From Moniliella sp. 'wahieum' (taxonomy: Eukaryota): a stretch of DNA of 64,000 bases. The notes beneath the pieces are model-generated. The model was not told where the DNA came from. It was given only the letters and a program-made list of their open reading frames with translations, and did not search any database. Positions 1-13,400 of this stretch are shown here, piece by piece; the first letter of the stretch is position 1, and each line of letters starts with the position of its first letter. A program made the translations under genes and the position numbers. The stretch is from assembly GCA_003971905.1 (NCBI GenBank), contig RSEE01000044.1:186001-250000 (forward strand). The letters run 5' to 3'.

Positions 1-248
1 TCAGACCCCGTTGACCGCCGCGGACATCATTGCGATCCAGCGCTTGCGCACCTCGGACCCGGTCAAGTACAACATCTACGCCCTGGCGCGCATTACAGCG
101 TCAAGCCGCTCTGGATCCGTATGGTCGCTCGGCCACCCCGCGTACGCGTGAGCACGCGATCATGGTCGATGATGAGCGGCGCAAGCGGTGGTCGATTGCG
201 AAGCGGATCAAGTACGCCGAGCGCATCGAGAGGAGGAAGCTGTGGTGA
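1..248 (+). CDS. MRPL20: 3' part of mitochondrial large-subunit ribosomal protein mL58 (MRP-L20 family), 5' end outside window
   Basis: Stitched frames read LTAADIIAIQRLRTSDPVKYNIYALAR..YSVKPLWIRMVA..RWSIAKRIKYAERIERRKLW*, which resembles the MRP-L20 pattern (LT.EDI.EIR.LR..DP..W....LA..F...RW...R..R..RK.LW). Confidence 0.75.
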
Positions 249-1069
249 GCCGCTCGCTGTGGTCCCTAGGGATCGCGTTCAAAATTTTGCTTCCTTTTTC
301 TGGGCCATGGTACGGGTGGAGGTGGTGTGCGAGGCCTGTTCAGAGGAGCGACAAGGGTGCAAATGCTGTGTTCTGTGAAGCGAGTAGGGCTCTTTAACAC
401 TGCACTCGCCAGCGTGGCTCGTCGTGTCGAGGAAGCGTCTCCCTCTTTTTGAATCCATACTGGCATTCGCCAAAAAAACACAAAACACAGGGACGTTGGC
501 GAGACCCCCGATCCCTTGGGGCTATCGATGCGGAGAGATAGAGGAGGAATCGCCACAGATAGTGAGTGCTATCGATGACGGGGTCGGGGATGCTTGGGGG
601 GTGAGGCAGGGTAGAGGACGGAACAGCAAGGGAGAACGATGACGAACAATACTCTGTACGGCGCTTCTCATCAGCTTCATCCGTACCCCTAGGGCTAGAT
701 TCAATTTGGAGACGAATTTAATGGCGGCAGCCAGGGTTCCTGACTTACTGGCAACACCATTGGTCTCCTACTAGGGGGAGCGCGAGTGGTCTGCAAATAT
801 GCCGGGGCGAGCGAGGGGACGTCGGTGATCGCCACCCGCTCGGCCTGATCCTCGTAGGCGAAGAGGAGGAGTGACTAGTGATGTAACCAAGGCCGAAGGC
901 CTATGAATCAGCCTGAAATCGATGATCGATCTGATGCGATGCTATCCCATTTTGCGGAGTGTTTCGTGCTTTTTTTACGGTGCATTAGCTAATCATCCTC
1001 GCGCCATCCTTCTCGCCTCAGAGGCCGAAGCAATGGACTTAGGGGCGACGGTATTCGTGTCTTGCCACG

Positions 1070-2529
1070 ATGGCCCTAGTCCGTGCCCTCTCCGCCTCAA
1101 CTCTTCCATCCACCACCCGTTCTGTTCCCCTCCTACGACATTCCACTTTTCCTCTCCCTCATTTCGACGAATCGCCACTTCCTGCCCCCGACATGGAAGT
1201 TGGGATCCGGAAAGGGGGTCCAGGACACGTGCGATGTCTTAATCTTGGTGCCGGTCCAGCCGGACTCAGCGCAGCAATCAAGGCTGCCCAACTGGCTCAG
1301 GAGGAAAAGGACACAGTGCGGATCAGCGTGCTTGACGTTCCTTTCTCGCCCGTTGCGTGGGCAGGAACGTACGATGTGGTCAATACCAGTGCACTGCAAA
1401 GTCTGTTGCCGTCGTGGCAGGCTTCGCAGGCCCAGTTGAGCTGCACACCACTTACGGATGAGCGCGCCTACTTTCTCACTCCTTCCCGCCACTATCCCCT
1501 TTCACTGAAGAAGTTTCGGGGTTGACATCGACGGGCCTGCGGGACCGACAGATCGTCTCTACGACGGCGCTCATCGCGGCCTGGCTAAAGAGGCATCACG
1601 CATGGGGGTGAACATTGTGCCGGCCCAGCAGACGGACGTGATATGGGAGCGACGCCCGAATCGAATCGGCACACAAGATTGGGGTGGCAGGGGTGCTGGC
1701 GGACAAGAAGGAATGGGCAGCGCCGGTGACGCTCCTGGCTGATGGGCTGGAAGGTACGACGAGTGCGGCGGTGGTTGCTGACGCGACTCTTTTTCCCGCC
1801 ACCAAGGGGATACGTTCCAACGCTTCTTTCTACGAGCAAATTTGGCGTGTCGGTCCGGAGCACCATACCCAGGGAGTGTGTTCCATACAATCGGCTGGCC
1901 AGGGAACTACCGTACTTGGTCATTGGCCTCCTTACTTCACCTCGGTGGCCAGGGTCCGACCGACTCGTGTCGGTGCGGCTAGTGAGCGCGGCTATGGGCG
2001 AACAAGCCCTGACCCAACTGACGCGGCATCCTCTCTTTCAACCGATTTTGAAGGGGGCGGAACTGGTTTCATCAGGCCCAGGAGCGTATGCGGTGGGAAA
2101 GCGGTGGAACGACTGCATATACCAGGGGCAGTACTGGTGGGCGGGGCAGCGGCCTGCCAAGTACTGGGGCGGAGGTGGAGATGGGGCTGATCGCCGGCAC
2201 CTCGGCCGAAGAAGGGGTGGCTGAGTTGCAGGTGGCAGAGGATTACCGGTCAGTTGACTGGCGGGGCGACGAGGTGGCGGAGACGGCTGCTGAAGTGGGA
2301 CTGGTGCCTCGGTCCAATGCGGGGTGTGGATCTGGACCACTACTACGCGATTGGGTTGGAGCACGCCACGTCTGTTTTGACCGATGCGGAGCGGCGTGGA
2401 CGTGGCGGCGGCGGGTGGAGGGACGACTGGGCGTATATGGGGCGCTGGCGCAGCGGTGGAGGCGTGGCTGGCTGGCCGGTGACACCGATGGGGTTAGGGG
2501 GTTGTGGTTCCCGTAGCGTCACAAATTGA
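1070..2529 (+). CDS. Divergent, C-terminally truncated ETF:ubiquinone oxidoreductase-like FAD protein with a probable mitochondrial presequence
   Basis: MALVRALSASTLPSTTRSVPLLR presequence-like start. DVLILGAGPAGLSAAIKAAQLA FAD motif. LQSLLPSW..TPLTDERAYFLT, APVTLLADGLEG, EQIWRV, RHPLFQPILKGAELV and LHIPGAVLVG occur colinearly with ETF-QO. Several frameshifts; end uncertain. Confidence 0.7.
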
Positions 2530-2954
2530 ATCCAATCCTGTTTCGACCCTAAAGTTGGCGTGTGTAGGCCCCATTTTCTTTTCTCGCCGGCATCATTTAA
2601 GTTGAAGAGGTGGCAACGGGCGAACACTGGCGCTGTGCGGTGCACGGGCCGACACGCTCGGACACTGCCCCCGCACTGCTCCGTTTTTTTTTTGGGCCGA
2701 GTCTCCGTCACGCAGCGGCGATACATGCGGCTGGGGGCGCACACTGGCGCCGTGCCGGCTCCCCGGTCAATTCCGCCCGGCCCTGGCCGATGCGTCGGAT
2801 TTTTTTTCGTGTAATAAAAGCGGCCGATGTGCGGCCGAGGCGTGCGTCCTTTCCCTTCTCTTTCCTGGTAGGACACTTGGCCTGCCAGGAAGGTTGCTGC
2901 CGCCCCCACCAAACTCCCCTTCGTCCCCACCACCACCCTTGCTCCTCTTCTGCC

Positions 2955-5900
2955 ATGAGCACCGCCACTCCTGCCGCTGCCGCTGCTGCCGCCCCGGCCC
3001 CTGCCACGGCGCCGCGCCAGCAACTGCAACGGCAACCGTTCTGGCACCGGCGCCCGTCAGCGCGGGCCCTGCCCCGCCTGCCACGCGCCCGCCCCCCTAC
3101 GCCGCCCATGCGACCGATGCGGGCGATATGGTCCTGGAGCTTGCCGACGGCACTGCCTTCCGCGGCTTCAGCTTCGGTGCACCCTCAAGAGCGTCAGTGG
3201 AGAGTGTGTCTTCCAGACGGGTATGTACTCACCTGCTCTTTCGGTCTCGGCCGCTTCGTGATCCACCCATGCTAACGCTTGCTGCTCCGTCAGGCATGGT
3301 TGGCTACGTCGAGTCCCTCACCGACCCGTCGTACGAAGGTCAGATCCTCGTGCTTACCTTCCCCCTCGTGGGGAACTATGGTGTCCCCTCGCGCAAAGAG
3401 GTCGATGCAGCGACGCAAAAGCTGCTTGCGCTGCCGTTTGAGTCGTCCCGCATTCACATTGCGGACTTGTCGTGGCGTATTACAGCGAAGACTTTCTCAC
3501 TTTTTGGCCGAGTCGAGCCTGGGCCAGTGGCTTGCTGAGAACGGTGTGCCTGCCATTTACGGCATTGACACGCGTGCCATGACCAAAAAGATTCGTGAAC
3601 GGGGGTCGATGTTGGGCAAGTTGTTGGCTCGGCAGAACTTTTCGTCCTCTCCCAAGGATCCGCTGCGTGCCCTCAAGGCCGCCGCCGCCGCCGACTCGCC
3701 TGCGTTGACGCCTGCTACCAAGCCTGTGACTGGCCTCGCTGGTGACGCTGATGCTCTTTGGCGCGTCGAGTTTGAGCAAATCCCCTTTGCTGACAACAAC
3801 GCCACCAATCTGGTCGCCAAGGTGTCGCTCACCAAGCCAGAAGTTTTCACCTTGGCTACCACTGCGACGAATGACGCCAAAGGGACCGCTACCAGCCAGC
3901 TTTGCACCCCTCTGGTCGCCCGCTTCGGATTATTGCTATTGACGTGGGCATGAAGCGCAACCAGATCCGTGCTTCACCTCTCGCGGGTTGAGCTCAAGGT
4001 GGTGCCGTGGGACTATGATGTGACGACAGAGGAGACTGAGCCCTTTGATGGCGTCTTTATCTCGAATGGTCCTGGTGATCCCACCATGTGTGGTCCGACG
4101 ATCAAGACGATTGAAAAGCTACTCGCCCGGCAAGGCGATGCGGTGGTGCCCATCTTTGGTATCTGCCTTGGCCACCAGCTTCTTTCGCTTGCTGCCGGTG
4201 CTAAGACGGAGAAGATGAAGTTTGGTAACCGTGGCGCCAACATCCCATGCACGGACGTGCTGAGCGGCCGCTGCTACATTACTTCCCAAAACCACGGTTA
4301 CGCCGTTAACGTCGACTCGCTCCCTCATGGCTGGCACGAGCTCTTCCAAAACGCCAATGATGGTTCCAACGAGGGTATCTACTCGTCGCAGGGCCCCTTC
4401 TTCTCGGTCCAGTTCCACCCGGAATCGGCGCCTGGCCCGCGCGACACGGAGTTCCTGTTTGACGTGTTCATCCGTTCGGTGGTGGACTGTGCCGCGGTCA
4501 AGGCAGCTGCCACCTCCCCTGCTCCGGCCTTGCCTCCAGTCCAATTCGTTGGGGGCAAGAAGGCAGACAACGAGGCGGCGCACCCGCGGGTGAATGTGCG
4601 CAAGGTCCTTGTGCTTGGGTCGGGTGGTCTGTCGATTGGTCAGGCTGGCGAATTTGACTACTCGGGCAGTCAGGCGATCAAGGCGTTCAAGGAGGAAGGC
4701 ATCTACACTGTGCTCATCAACCCCAACATTGCCACCATCCAAACGAGCGCCGGCTTGGCGGATAAGGTTACTTCGTTCCTGTCACCCCCGAGTTTGTCCT
4801 GAAGGTCATCAAGCACGAACGGCCCGACGGCATTGCCGTCACGTTTGGTGGCCAGACGGCGCTCAATGTCGGTATTGCCATTAAGGAGGAGCTTACTGCT
4901 TTGGGTGTCACAATTCTTGGTACTCCGATCGACACTATCATCACTACGGAAGACCGCGACCTGTTCGCCAAGGCCCTGGCCGAAATCAACGAAAAGGTCG
5001 CACCCTCGGCCTCGGCTACGACGTGGGAAGAAGCACTGGCGGCTTCCAAGCAGATTGGCTTCCCGGTGATTGTCCGTGCGGCCTTTGCCCTTGGGGGTTG
5101 GGCAGTGGATTTGCTTCGAACGTGGATGAACTTCAGAAGCTCTGCACGGCCGCTTTTGCCAACTCCCCGCAAGTGCTGGTGGAGAAGTCTATGCGCGGGT
5201 GGAAAGAGGTCGAGTACGAAGTGGTTCGCGACGCGCAGGACAACTGCATCACCGTTTGTAACATGGAAAACTTTGACCCGCTCGGCATCCACACTGGTGA
5301 CTCGATCGTTATTGCCCCCAGTCAGACACTGTCTGATGAGGATTACAACATGCTCCGCACCACCGCTGTCAATGTCATTCGCCACTGGGTGTGGTGGGTG
5401 AGTGCAACATCCAGTACGCGCTCAACCCGCACAGCAAGAGTACTGCATTATCGAGGTTAACGCCCGTCTGTCGCGTTCGTCGGCACTGGCGTCCAAGGCT
5501 ACGGTACCCGCTTGCCTTTATCGCTGCCAAGTTGGGTCTCAACATTCCTCTTAACAGATTCGCAATTCAGTGACCCAAGAAACATCGGCGTGCTTTGAGC
5601 CGTCACTCGACTATGTTGTCTGCAAGTTCCCTCGCTGGGATCTGCGGAAATTTGTTCGCGTCTCGTCCACTCTGGGCTCTTCAATGAAGTCTGTTGGTGA
5701 GGTCATGTCCATTGGCCGTACTTTCGAAGAGGCAATCCAGCGGGCCATTCGCTCGATCGACCCGTCCTTCCCTGGCTTTGCTACCGTACGTTTCCTGAGA
5801 CTAACACCCTTTTGCTTCATGTTATTATTGTAGGCTCAATTACTGACATTCCCTACCCTATACCCAGAACGACTTTGTCAAGGATGATGAGATTGATCAA

Positions 5901-8900
5901 GAGCTTACCGTGCCGACGGACCGCCGCATCTTTGCTATTGCCAATGCTCTTGGCAAGGGCTACTCGGTCGACAAGATCCACGACGCAACCTCGATTGACC
6001 GTTGGTTCCTCCGCAAGCTCGAGCGCATTACCAAGGCTGCCAATTGGTTCTCGAAGCAGACGCTGTCGCAGTTGAGCGCCGATCAGCTGCGGGCCGGTAA
6101 ACAGCTCGGCTTTTGACAAACTGCTGGCCAAGTGCATGGGCAGCACTGAACTTGCTGTCCGTCGCGTTCGTAAGGAGACGGGGATCATGCCTTTCGTCAA
6201 ACAGATTGATACGGTTGCCGCCGAGTTCCCAGCCTACACCAACTACCTTACACCACCTACCACGCCACTGAGCATGATGTGGACTTCAACGACAAGGGTG
6301 TCATTGTGCTTGGCTCGGGCGTGTACCGTATCGGTTCGAGTGTCGAGTTTGACTGGTGTGCTGTGCGTGCGTGCGCACCCTTCGCTCTCGGGGTACAAGA
6401 CGGTCATGATCAACTACAACCCTGAAACGGTGTCACGGACTATGACGAGGCGGACCGCTTGTACTTTGACGAGATCAGTCTGGAGACGGTTTTGGACATC
6501 TATGACCTTGAGCAGTCAAGCGGCGTGATCATCTCGATGGGTGGAGGTACCCAACAACATTGCTCTTCCCCTGCACCGCCAAGACGTCAAGGTGCTCGGT
6601 ACGTCGCCGGAGAACATTGACATGGCCGAGAACCGGTACAAATTCTCCGGATGCTTGACAAAATTGGTGTGGACCAGCCCATGTGGAAGGAACTCACGTC
6701 GTACGATGACGCCTATTCGGCTTGTGAGCGCTTTGGCTACCCCGTTTTGGTGCGCCCGTCGTATGTCCTGTCGGGGGCTGCGATGAACGTGGTTTACTCT
6801 TCGGATGACCTTTCCTCCTACCTCTCCCAGGCCGCTGCCGTTAACCGTGAACACCCGGTTGTCATTTCCAAGTACCTTGAGGGCGCCAAGGAGATTGAGA
6901 TGGACGCTGTCGCCCGCGATGGCAAGCTGGTGATGCACTACATTCGGAGCACGTCGAGAATGCCGGTGTGCACTCTGGTGACGCTACCCTCATCTCCCTC
7001 CGCAGGATCTGGACCCTGAGACGGTGCGCCGGATCACCGCCGCGACGGCCAAGATCGCCGAATCGCTCCATGTTACGGGTCCGTTCAACATCCAGTTCAT
7101 TGCCAAGAACAACGAGATCAAGGTGATCGAGTGCAACGTCCGTGCTGCGCTCCTTCCCCTTCGTCTCGAAGGTAACGGGCGTGGACGCGATTGAGATGGC
7201 CCGAGGTGATGCTGGGCCTGCCCATTGAGCCGTACCCCAAGATGACGTTGCCGAAAGACTACGTTGGTGTCAAGGTTCCGCAGTTTTCGTTCAGTCGGCT
7301 GGCTGGCGCTGATCCGATTCTGGGTGTGGAGATGGCCTCGACGGGTGAAGTGGCCTGCTTCGGTCACGACAAGTACGAGGCGTACCTGAAGGGCATGGTC
7401 GCATCTGGCCTTAAGCTGCCAACGAAGAATGTCCTCCTGTCGGTTGGGTCGTTCAGCGAGAAGCAGGAGCTGGTTCAATCTGTACGGACGCTGCACCAGT
7501 TGGGCTACACTCTCTACGGCTCGAGCGGTACTGCAGACTTCTATTCTGAGCAAGGCATCCCAATCATTCAGCTGGAGGCCCTGCCTGAGGATGAGGACTG
7601 GAAGGGAGACGACAATAAGATGTCCAGCTACTCGTTGCTCTCGCACTTGTCGCAAGGTGTCTCGTCTCTCTTCATTTCGCTCCCGAGTAAGAACAAGTAC
7701 CGCCGTCCCCCTACGTTCACTTCGATTGGTTACAAGGCCCGTCGTCTGGCGATTGACCGCTCTATTCCGCTCATCACTAATGTCAAGAACGCCAAGCTCT
7801 ACATTGAAGCTCTGGCGCGCTACCGCCGTGCTGGCTCTGACTTCTCCATCTCGAGCATCGACTTTAAGACTCGCACCAGACCCACACCTTCCCCGGTCTG
7901 TTCAACGTTGGCGCCTTCCTGCCTAACATTGCCGACCCGACAGTGGGCGCTCGCGACCTGGCTGAGTTGACCAAGGCTTCGCTTGCCGCTGGGTTCACCA
8001 CCGTCCACCTCTCGCCTCTGGGGACTACCAGCGTGGTCCGAGACGAACACACGCTCTCGATCGTCGAGGGCAAGTTGGCCGGAGCGGCTTATTGCGATGT
8101 GTCGTTGGCGCTTGCCGTGCCCCGACGACTCAGCCGGACGAAGTGGCTGCCCTGTCGGAGCGTAGCCGCACTCTCTGCGTAGTACCTCCTACCCGAACGG
8201 GGAGACCGTTCCTCTTGCTACGGCGGCAGCCAATGCCTCTGAGTGGCCTGCGGACCGCCTGCTGGTGACAAGCACCAAGGGCAACGACCTGGCCTCCGTT
8301 CTTCTCTTGGCCAGCCTGCAGCAGCGTGCCATTCACGTCACTGGTCTGACTGATGCGGCCGACCTGAGCCTCATCACCCTTGCCAAGGCTAAGGGGCTCA
8401 AGGTCTCGGTGGATGTGCCGATCTACGCTTTGTTCTTCAACCGTGGTACCTACCCTGAGGCGACCGTCCTTCCGACCGAGGCGGATCAAGCTGCACTATG
8501 GGAGAACCTGGCGAACATTGACGTGCTCACGGTGGGAAGCTTGCCTACATGATGGGTGTTCAGCTTGGCCACTCTGTCTCGGCTGCTTCGGGTATCGTGG
8601 AGAGTATGCATCTCCTTCTCGATGCAGTCAACGAGAAGCGCCTGCAACTGGAGGACATTTACGACAAGCTCTTCAAGGCCCCGTGAGATCTTTGGCTTCA
8701 TCGCCCCGCCCGATGCGGAAGTGCAGGTGGATGTCGACCGCGCCGCCCCGCGTCCCACTGGCACGATTTGGTCGCCGCTGGCGACGCGCACGACTGTTGG
8801 CGCGGTTTCGCGTGTGGTGAGCAAAGGCAAGGCCGTCTTTGTTGATGGCGAGAGCGTGTCGCGTGGCCCTGTGGGCCAAAACGTGTCGACCTCGTTTGGG

Positions 8901-9976
8901 GTGTCCAAGGCTACGCGCCACCTTCGTCGGGTGTCTGTGGCGGAGAGCGAGATGCCAATGTCGCCTGTGATGGATACGACAAGCGAGTTGGTGCGGGTGA
9001 GTGCTCCGACTCCGGCCCGCGAGCTGAGCCCATCTTCGGCCTTGCAGCTGGCGCACGCCTCCTTCAACCGTCGCCACATGCTCTCGGTGAAGCATTTACC
9101 CGTGATGATCTCCACGCCCTCTTCTCGGTTGCCCAGGAGATTCGCATGGGTGTGGAGCGGAATGGGATGCTCAAGATTCTGCGCAACCGCGTGCTCTGCA
9201 CTCTTTTCTACGAGGAATCCACTCGCACCTCCTCTTCCTTTGAGGCGGCCATGTACCGTCTCGGTGGTCAAGTGCTCCCGGTCAAGAGTCAAACCTCGTC
9301 GGTGGCCAAGGGCGAGACGTTGGAGGACACGGTGCGCACGCTTGGTTCCTACGGACGCGATTGTCATGCGCCACCCTGCGGTGGGTTCGGCTCAGAAGGC
9401 AGCGCGGGCCTCGCCGGTGCCCATCATTAATGCTGGCGACGGCATTGGAGAGCACCCAACCCAGGCATTGCTCGACGTCTTTACCATCCGCGAGGAGCTG
9501 GGTACGGTCAGCGGACTGACGGTCACGTTGCTGGGTGACCTCAAGAATGGTCGCACAACGCACAGCTTGGTGCGCCTTTTGGCGCTGTACGGTGTGACGC
9601 TCAACTACGTTTCGCCTGCGGCGCTGGCCATGCCGCGAGAGGTCAAGGCGGAGGCAGCGCGACGTGGGGTGGCTCAGTACGAGACGACGGATCTGCAGAG
9701 GTGCTGTCGACGACAGACGTGCTGTATGTCACGCGGGTGCAGAAGGAGCGCTTCAGCAACCCGTCCGAGTACGAGGCGGTCAAGGACGCCTACGTGGTCA
9801 ACAACGATTTCTGACCCGTGCCAAGAGAACATGATTGTTCTGCACCCGCTCCCCCGCGTCAACGAGTTGGCCGAGGAGGTGGACTTGTCGGAACACGCAG
9901 CCTACTGGCGCCAGGTCAAAACGGAGTCTGGGTCCGCTGTGCACTCTTGGCCCTTGTTATGCACAATGCCCAATAA
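2955..9976 (+). CDS. URA2: Multifunctional pyrimidine biosynthesis protein (GATase-CPSase-pseudo-DHOase-ATCase, CAD/Ura2)
   Basis: [123 protein letters not shown]. Introns 3221-3293 and 5786-5867. Many indels. Confidence 0.97.
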
Positions 9977-10435
9977 ACGCCTAACGCACCAAGGGCCGGT
10001 ACCAATGGCACGATGGTGCCCCAAATCGCCTGGCATGGATCCTCACTCCCACCCCCACCCCCAAACCTCCTCCTCTCCTCGTCTTTTTGGTCATGCCTCC
10101 TCTCCACTCTTCTCACTTCTGGTTTCGATAGTTTTACTTGGATGAATGTTGAATTGCGCTCCGAGAAAGGTGATGCAATTGCGTCGTGCCATCCCTGCTT
10201 TACTGTTTACCGCTTACCATAGATCGTTCTGCGCTGTCCAGAGCGAGCCCAAAAAGCCCAAAACATACATGAGCGTGGGTGCAGATGGTCATGTACCATT
10301 CAATTCGCACCCACTGGGCAGCTCACCCTGCCTATGCTATGCCCACGCCATCAACGTAGCACATCAACAAGATCAGTCCAGGGCTTAACATGAGTGCTTC
10401 CATCGCCTCCCTCCCATGTCACCGCCGGGGTTCTA

Positions 10436-13400
10436 CTACAGACCTTCAGCAGTTGGGAGCGGTGGCGAGGATTCGGAAGGCAGCTGAGCACGAGTATCCT
10501 CTTGAATCTTGGGCGCATCGTCTGGCACGGTCAACGGATGGGCATCCTCATCGTCTTGGGCGCCTCCACGGGCTCGGCCGGTAGCTGGGCTTCCTCTTGG
10601 ATTTGGGCGCATCGCCTGGCTCGGCCAACGGCTGGACTTGCTCTTCCTTCTTGGGAGCCTCCACGGATTCCGCCGGCAGTTGGGCTTCCACTTGAGTTTT
10701 AGGCGCTTCGCCTGGCTCGGCCAACGGCTGGGCTTCCTCTTCCTTCTTGGGTTGCCTCTACGGGCTCGGCCGGTAGCTGGGCTTCCTCCTCCATCTTGGG
10801 CGCCTCTCGCTGCTCGGCCGGGGGAGGGGGCGACCCAGAGGGCTCCACGGCCGTCTCCGTAGCTGAAGGTGTTGCTGTGGCGGAAGCTTCAGAGGTAGGT
10901 CCAGTGGGCGGCTCGGGGCCTTCCGTCACAGAAGGAGACACATCTTTTGCCTCTCCCGACTCTGGTGGAGATGGAGCGTGCGGGGCATCCTTTGTGTCCG
11001 GGGCAATTACAGGCGCCTGAGCGAGCTCATTCGATGCAGGAGGCGCAGTGGCTGTAGGAGCAGGGGGGCGTGGCTGGGGTAGCAGCCACGGTGGCCGGGT
11101 AGGCTTGTGAAGGTGGTTGGTCTGTCGAGCGACAAGGGCAGCGTACTCTTCCCTTCGTGGACCATTCCTGTTGTCGGTGGATCATGCCCTGAACCCAAGC
11201 CGCCAACGCAGAACGAATGTCCTTGATGCGCTCGTGGTCAAAATTGGCCACCTCGCGTTTGCAAGTGCGGGAGATGGCATCAAATCGGTTGTGGCGGCGC
11301 ATGACCTCAGCCTCGCGCTCAACCAAGTCCCGACGATCCGCATGCGCCCCTTCGTCCCGCAGACGATCGTGCTTGGCCACCACCTTGCTTAACTCGTCAG
11401 CGGCCCTGCGCCACGCGATCCACGCATCCTCGCGCGTCTGGAATGCTTTCCGCACACTGCCCACCATCCGCTCGTACTCGTACACGATCGAGCCAAGGTC
11501 ATGGACATCCGCTTCAGCTTGCACCTCCCCACATCGCGCGGCCAGGGCTGTAGTCTGCCCCACACCTGCGAAGCAGGTACAGGTTGCCCTCGATAACGAG
11601 CTGGTTGAGAGAGCGGAAAATTGCTTGGCCAGCTCCTGCTCGGCCTTGGCTCGGTGACGGCGCTCTTCGCTCAATGTTTGGACTGCCTTGAAGAGGGTAC
11701 GTAAGTGGGTCTCGAGACTGTCGAGGTACACACGTTGCTTGTCGAACCACTCATCCGTCTCGACAAAGGGGGCCGCCCGCCCCCGTAACACTCACTAAGC
11801 TCGATCCCCAGCCGAGATAGGTCCGTTGTTCTGGCGTGGGCACGGGACCCTTGACCATATCGCGGGCTCGTACATCCGCGGCAAAGTTGTCACTGGAGAG
11901 AAAAAGGGCAAAGTCATCGTCCGTTTGCAACTCTGCGTGATTGGCAATTTTATTGATGCACAGTTCCAACCCGACCCGACGAGCTTCCACCAACTCCGGG
12001 TTGAAACGGCCCAGCTTGACCTTCTCTGGGACAGGTGGAACAATCACGCCCGGGTGGTTGTGGACAAGCGCAGCGTGGAGCCAACGGAAATCACTGTACC
12101 GTCGCAGGACAGAGAAGTGCAGGGAACGGAACCGCTCCGAGGTGGTCCGTGTACGCATCGTGTAGACGGTGTGAGCCGACATGGGCGCTCCGACTGTCTG
12201 AGGATCGCCAACCTTGATCTCAAACCATGCCTTGGGAGGATGGCCATTGACACCAAGGGTGAGCGATTGCGCAACATGCACTTTTCCAGGTGCCACAGCT
12301 TCCGCCGAATGCTCCACCAGCGCCGGCTTGGGTCCAGGCACAGCACGTGCTGCAGAGGACGTGGGAGATGGAGCACCATACCGTTCTGAATCACTGTCCC
12401 CCCCACTTGTACGCTTACCAGTGGATCTCCGCGCAGCTAAAAGACTTCCCAGAGGCGCATCGTCCTTCGGGTCGTCCTCTTCATCGTGGATCTGGGGCTC
12501 AGCCAGGGCGATATTTCCGGAGGAGTGGGATGGGCAGCGAGAGAGTTGAAGGATGGGTCGGGCGAAAGGGCAGGGGCCTGCAAATCAGGGTGAACTGGGC
12601 CCTCGGGCTCTTCGAGTGGGGAAGGAGGTGCGGCTTCAGGGCCGGAACGTGCCAATGTTGATGCCTGAAGAGAAACTGACTGGTCCTCAGAAGCAGGCCC
12701 TTGTGCTGAACGAGTGCCGGTAATTGTGTCGCCCGTGTCAGAAGCATCGGTCTTTTGCTTTGTTTCATCATCCGCGGACGGTGAGCCAAGAGACGTATCC
12801 GAAACCTTATCCTCTCGTTGCTCTTGGTCGAGTACCTGGCCGGACTCACCATCTGCCTGAGCGTTCGCTTCAGGCAGGTTGGGGACATTGACTGGAGGGG
12901 GGTCACCTTCTGTTCTCCATTCTCCACATTGACGACCTCATTCTCAACGTTGCCTGTTCCTCCCCTTCTTTCTCCTTGCTCTCCACCGCGGCCTTTTCCT
13001 TTTGGCGCATCTCTTCAGCCTCGATCGCTTCCCTCTTCTGGCGCTCTTCGGCCTCTGCCTCTTCTTGCTTGCGCGCTCCTCTACCTCGGCTTCTTCCTGC
13101 TTGCGGCGCTCCTCAGCCTCGGCTTCCTCCTGTTTGCGCCGCTTTTCCGCCTCGGCCTCTTCTTGCTTGCGCCGCTCCTCAGCTTCAGCTGCTTCCTGTT
13201 TTCGGCGCTCCTCAGCTTCAGCCTCTTCCTGTTTCGGCGCTCCTCGGCAGCAGCAGCCTCGGCAGCTTCCCGCGCAACTCGCTCTTCTTCCAAGCGTTTT
13301 TGACGCTCTGCTTCTTCTGCCAGTGCTTGGCGGTGTGCTTCGGCAGCCTGTCTGCGCTCCTCGACGACTTGGGCTACATGCTGTTTTTCATGCTGCGCCA

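Noticed and set aside
121..378. ORF ending in CCVL as a CAAX pheromone precursor
   Set aside because: It overlaps MRPL20 in a shifted frame and runs into its 3' flank, with no other pheromone-precursor features.
2955..9976. URA2 and other genes as pseudogenes or programmed-frameshift genes
   Set aside because: Indels are spread through all genes, including essential ones, with no consistent slippery motif. Sequencing error is the simpler explanation.
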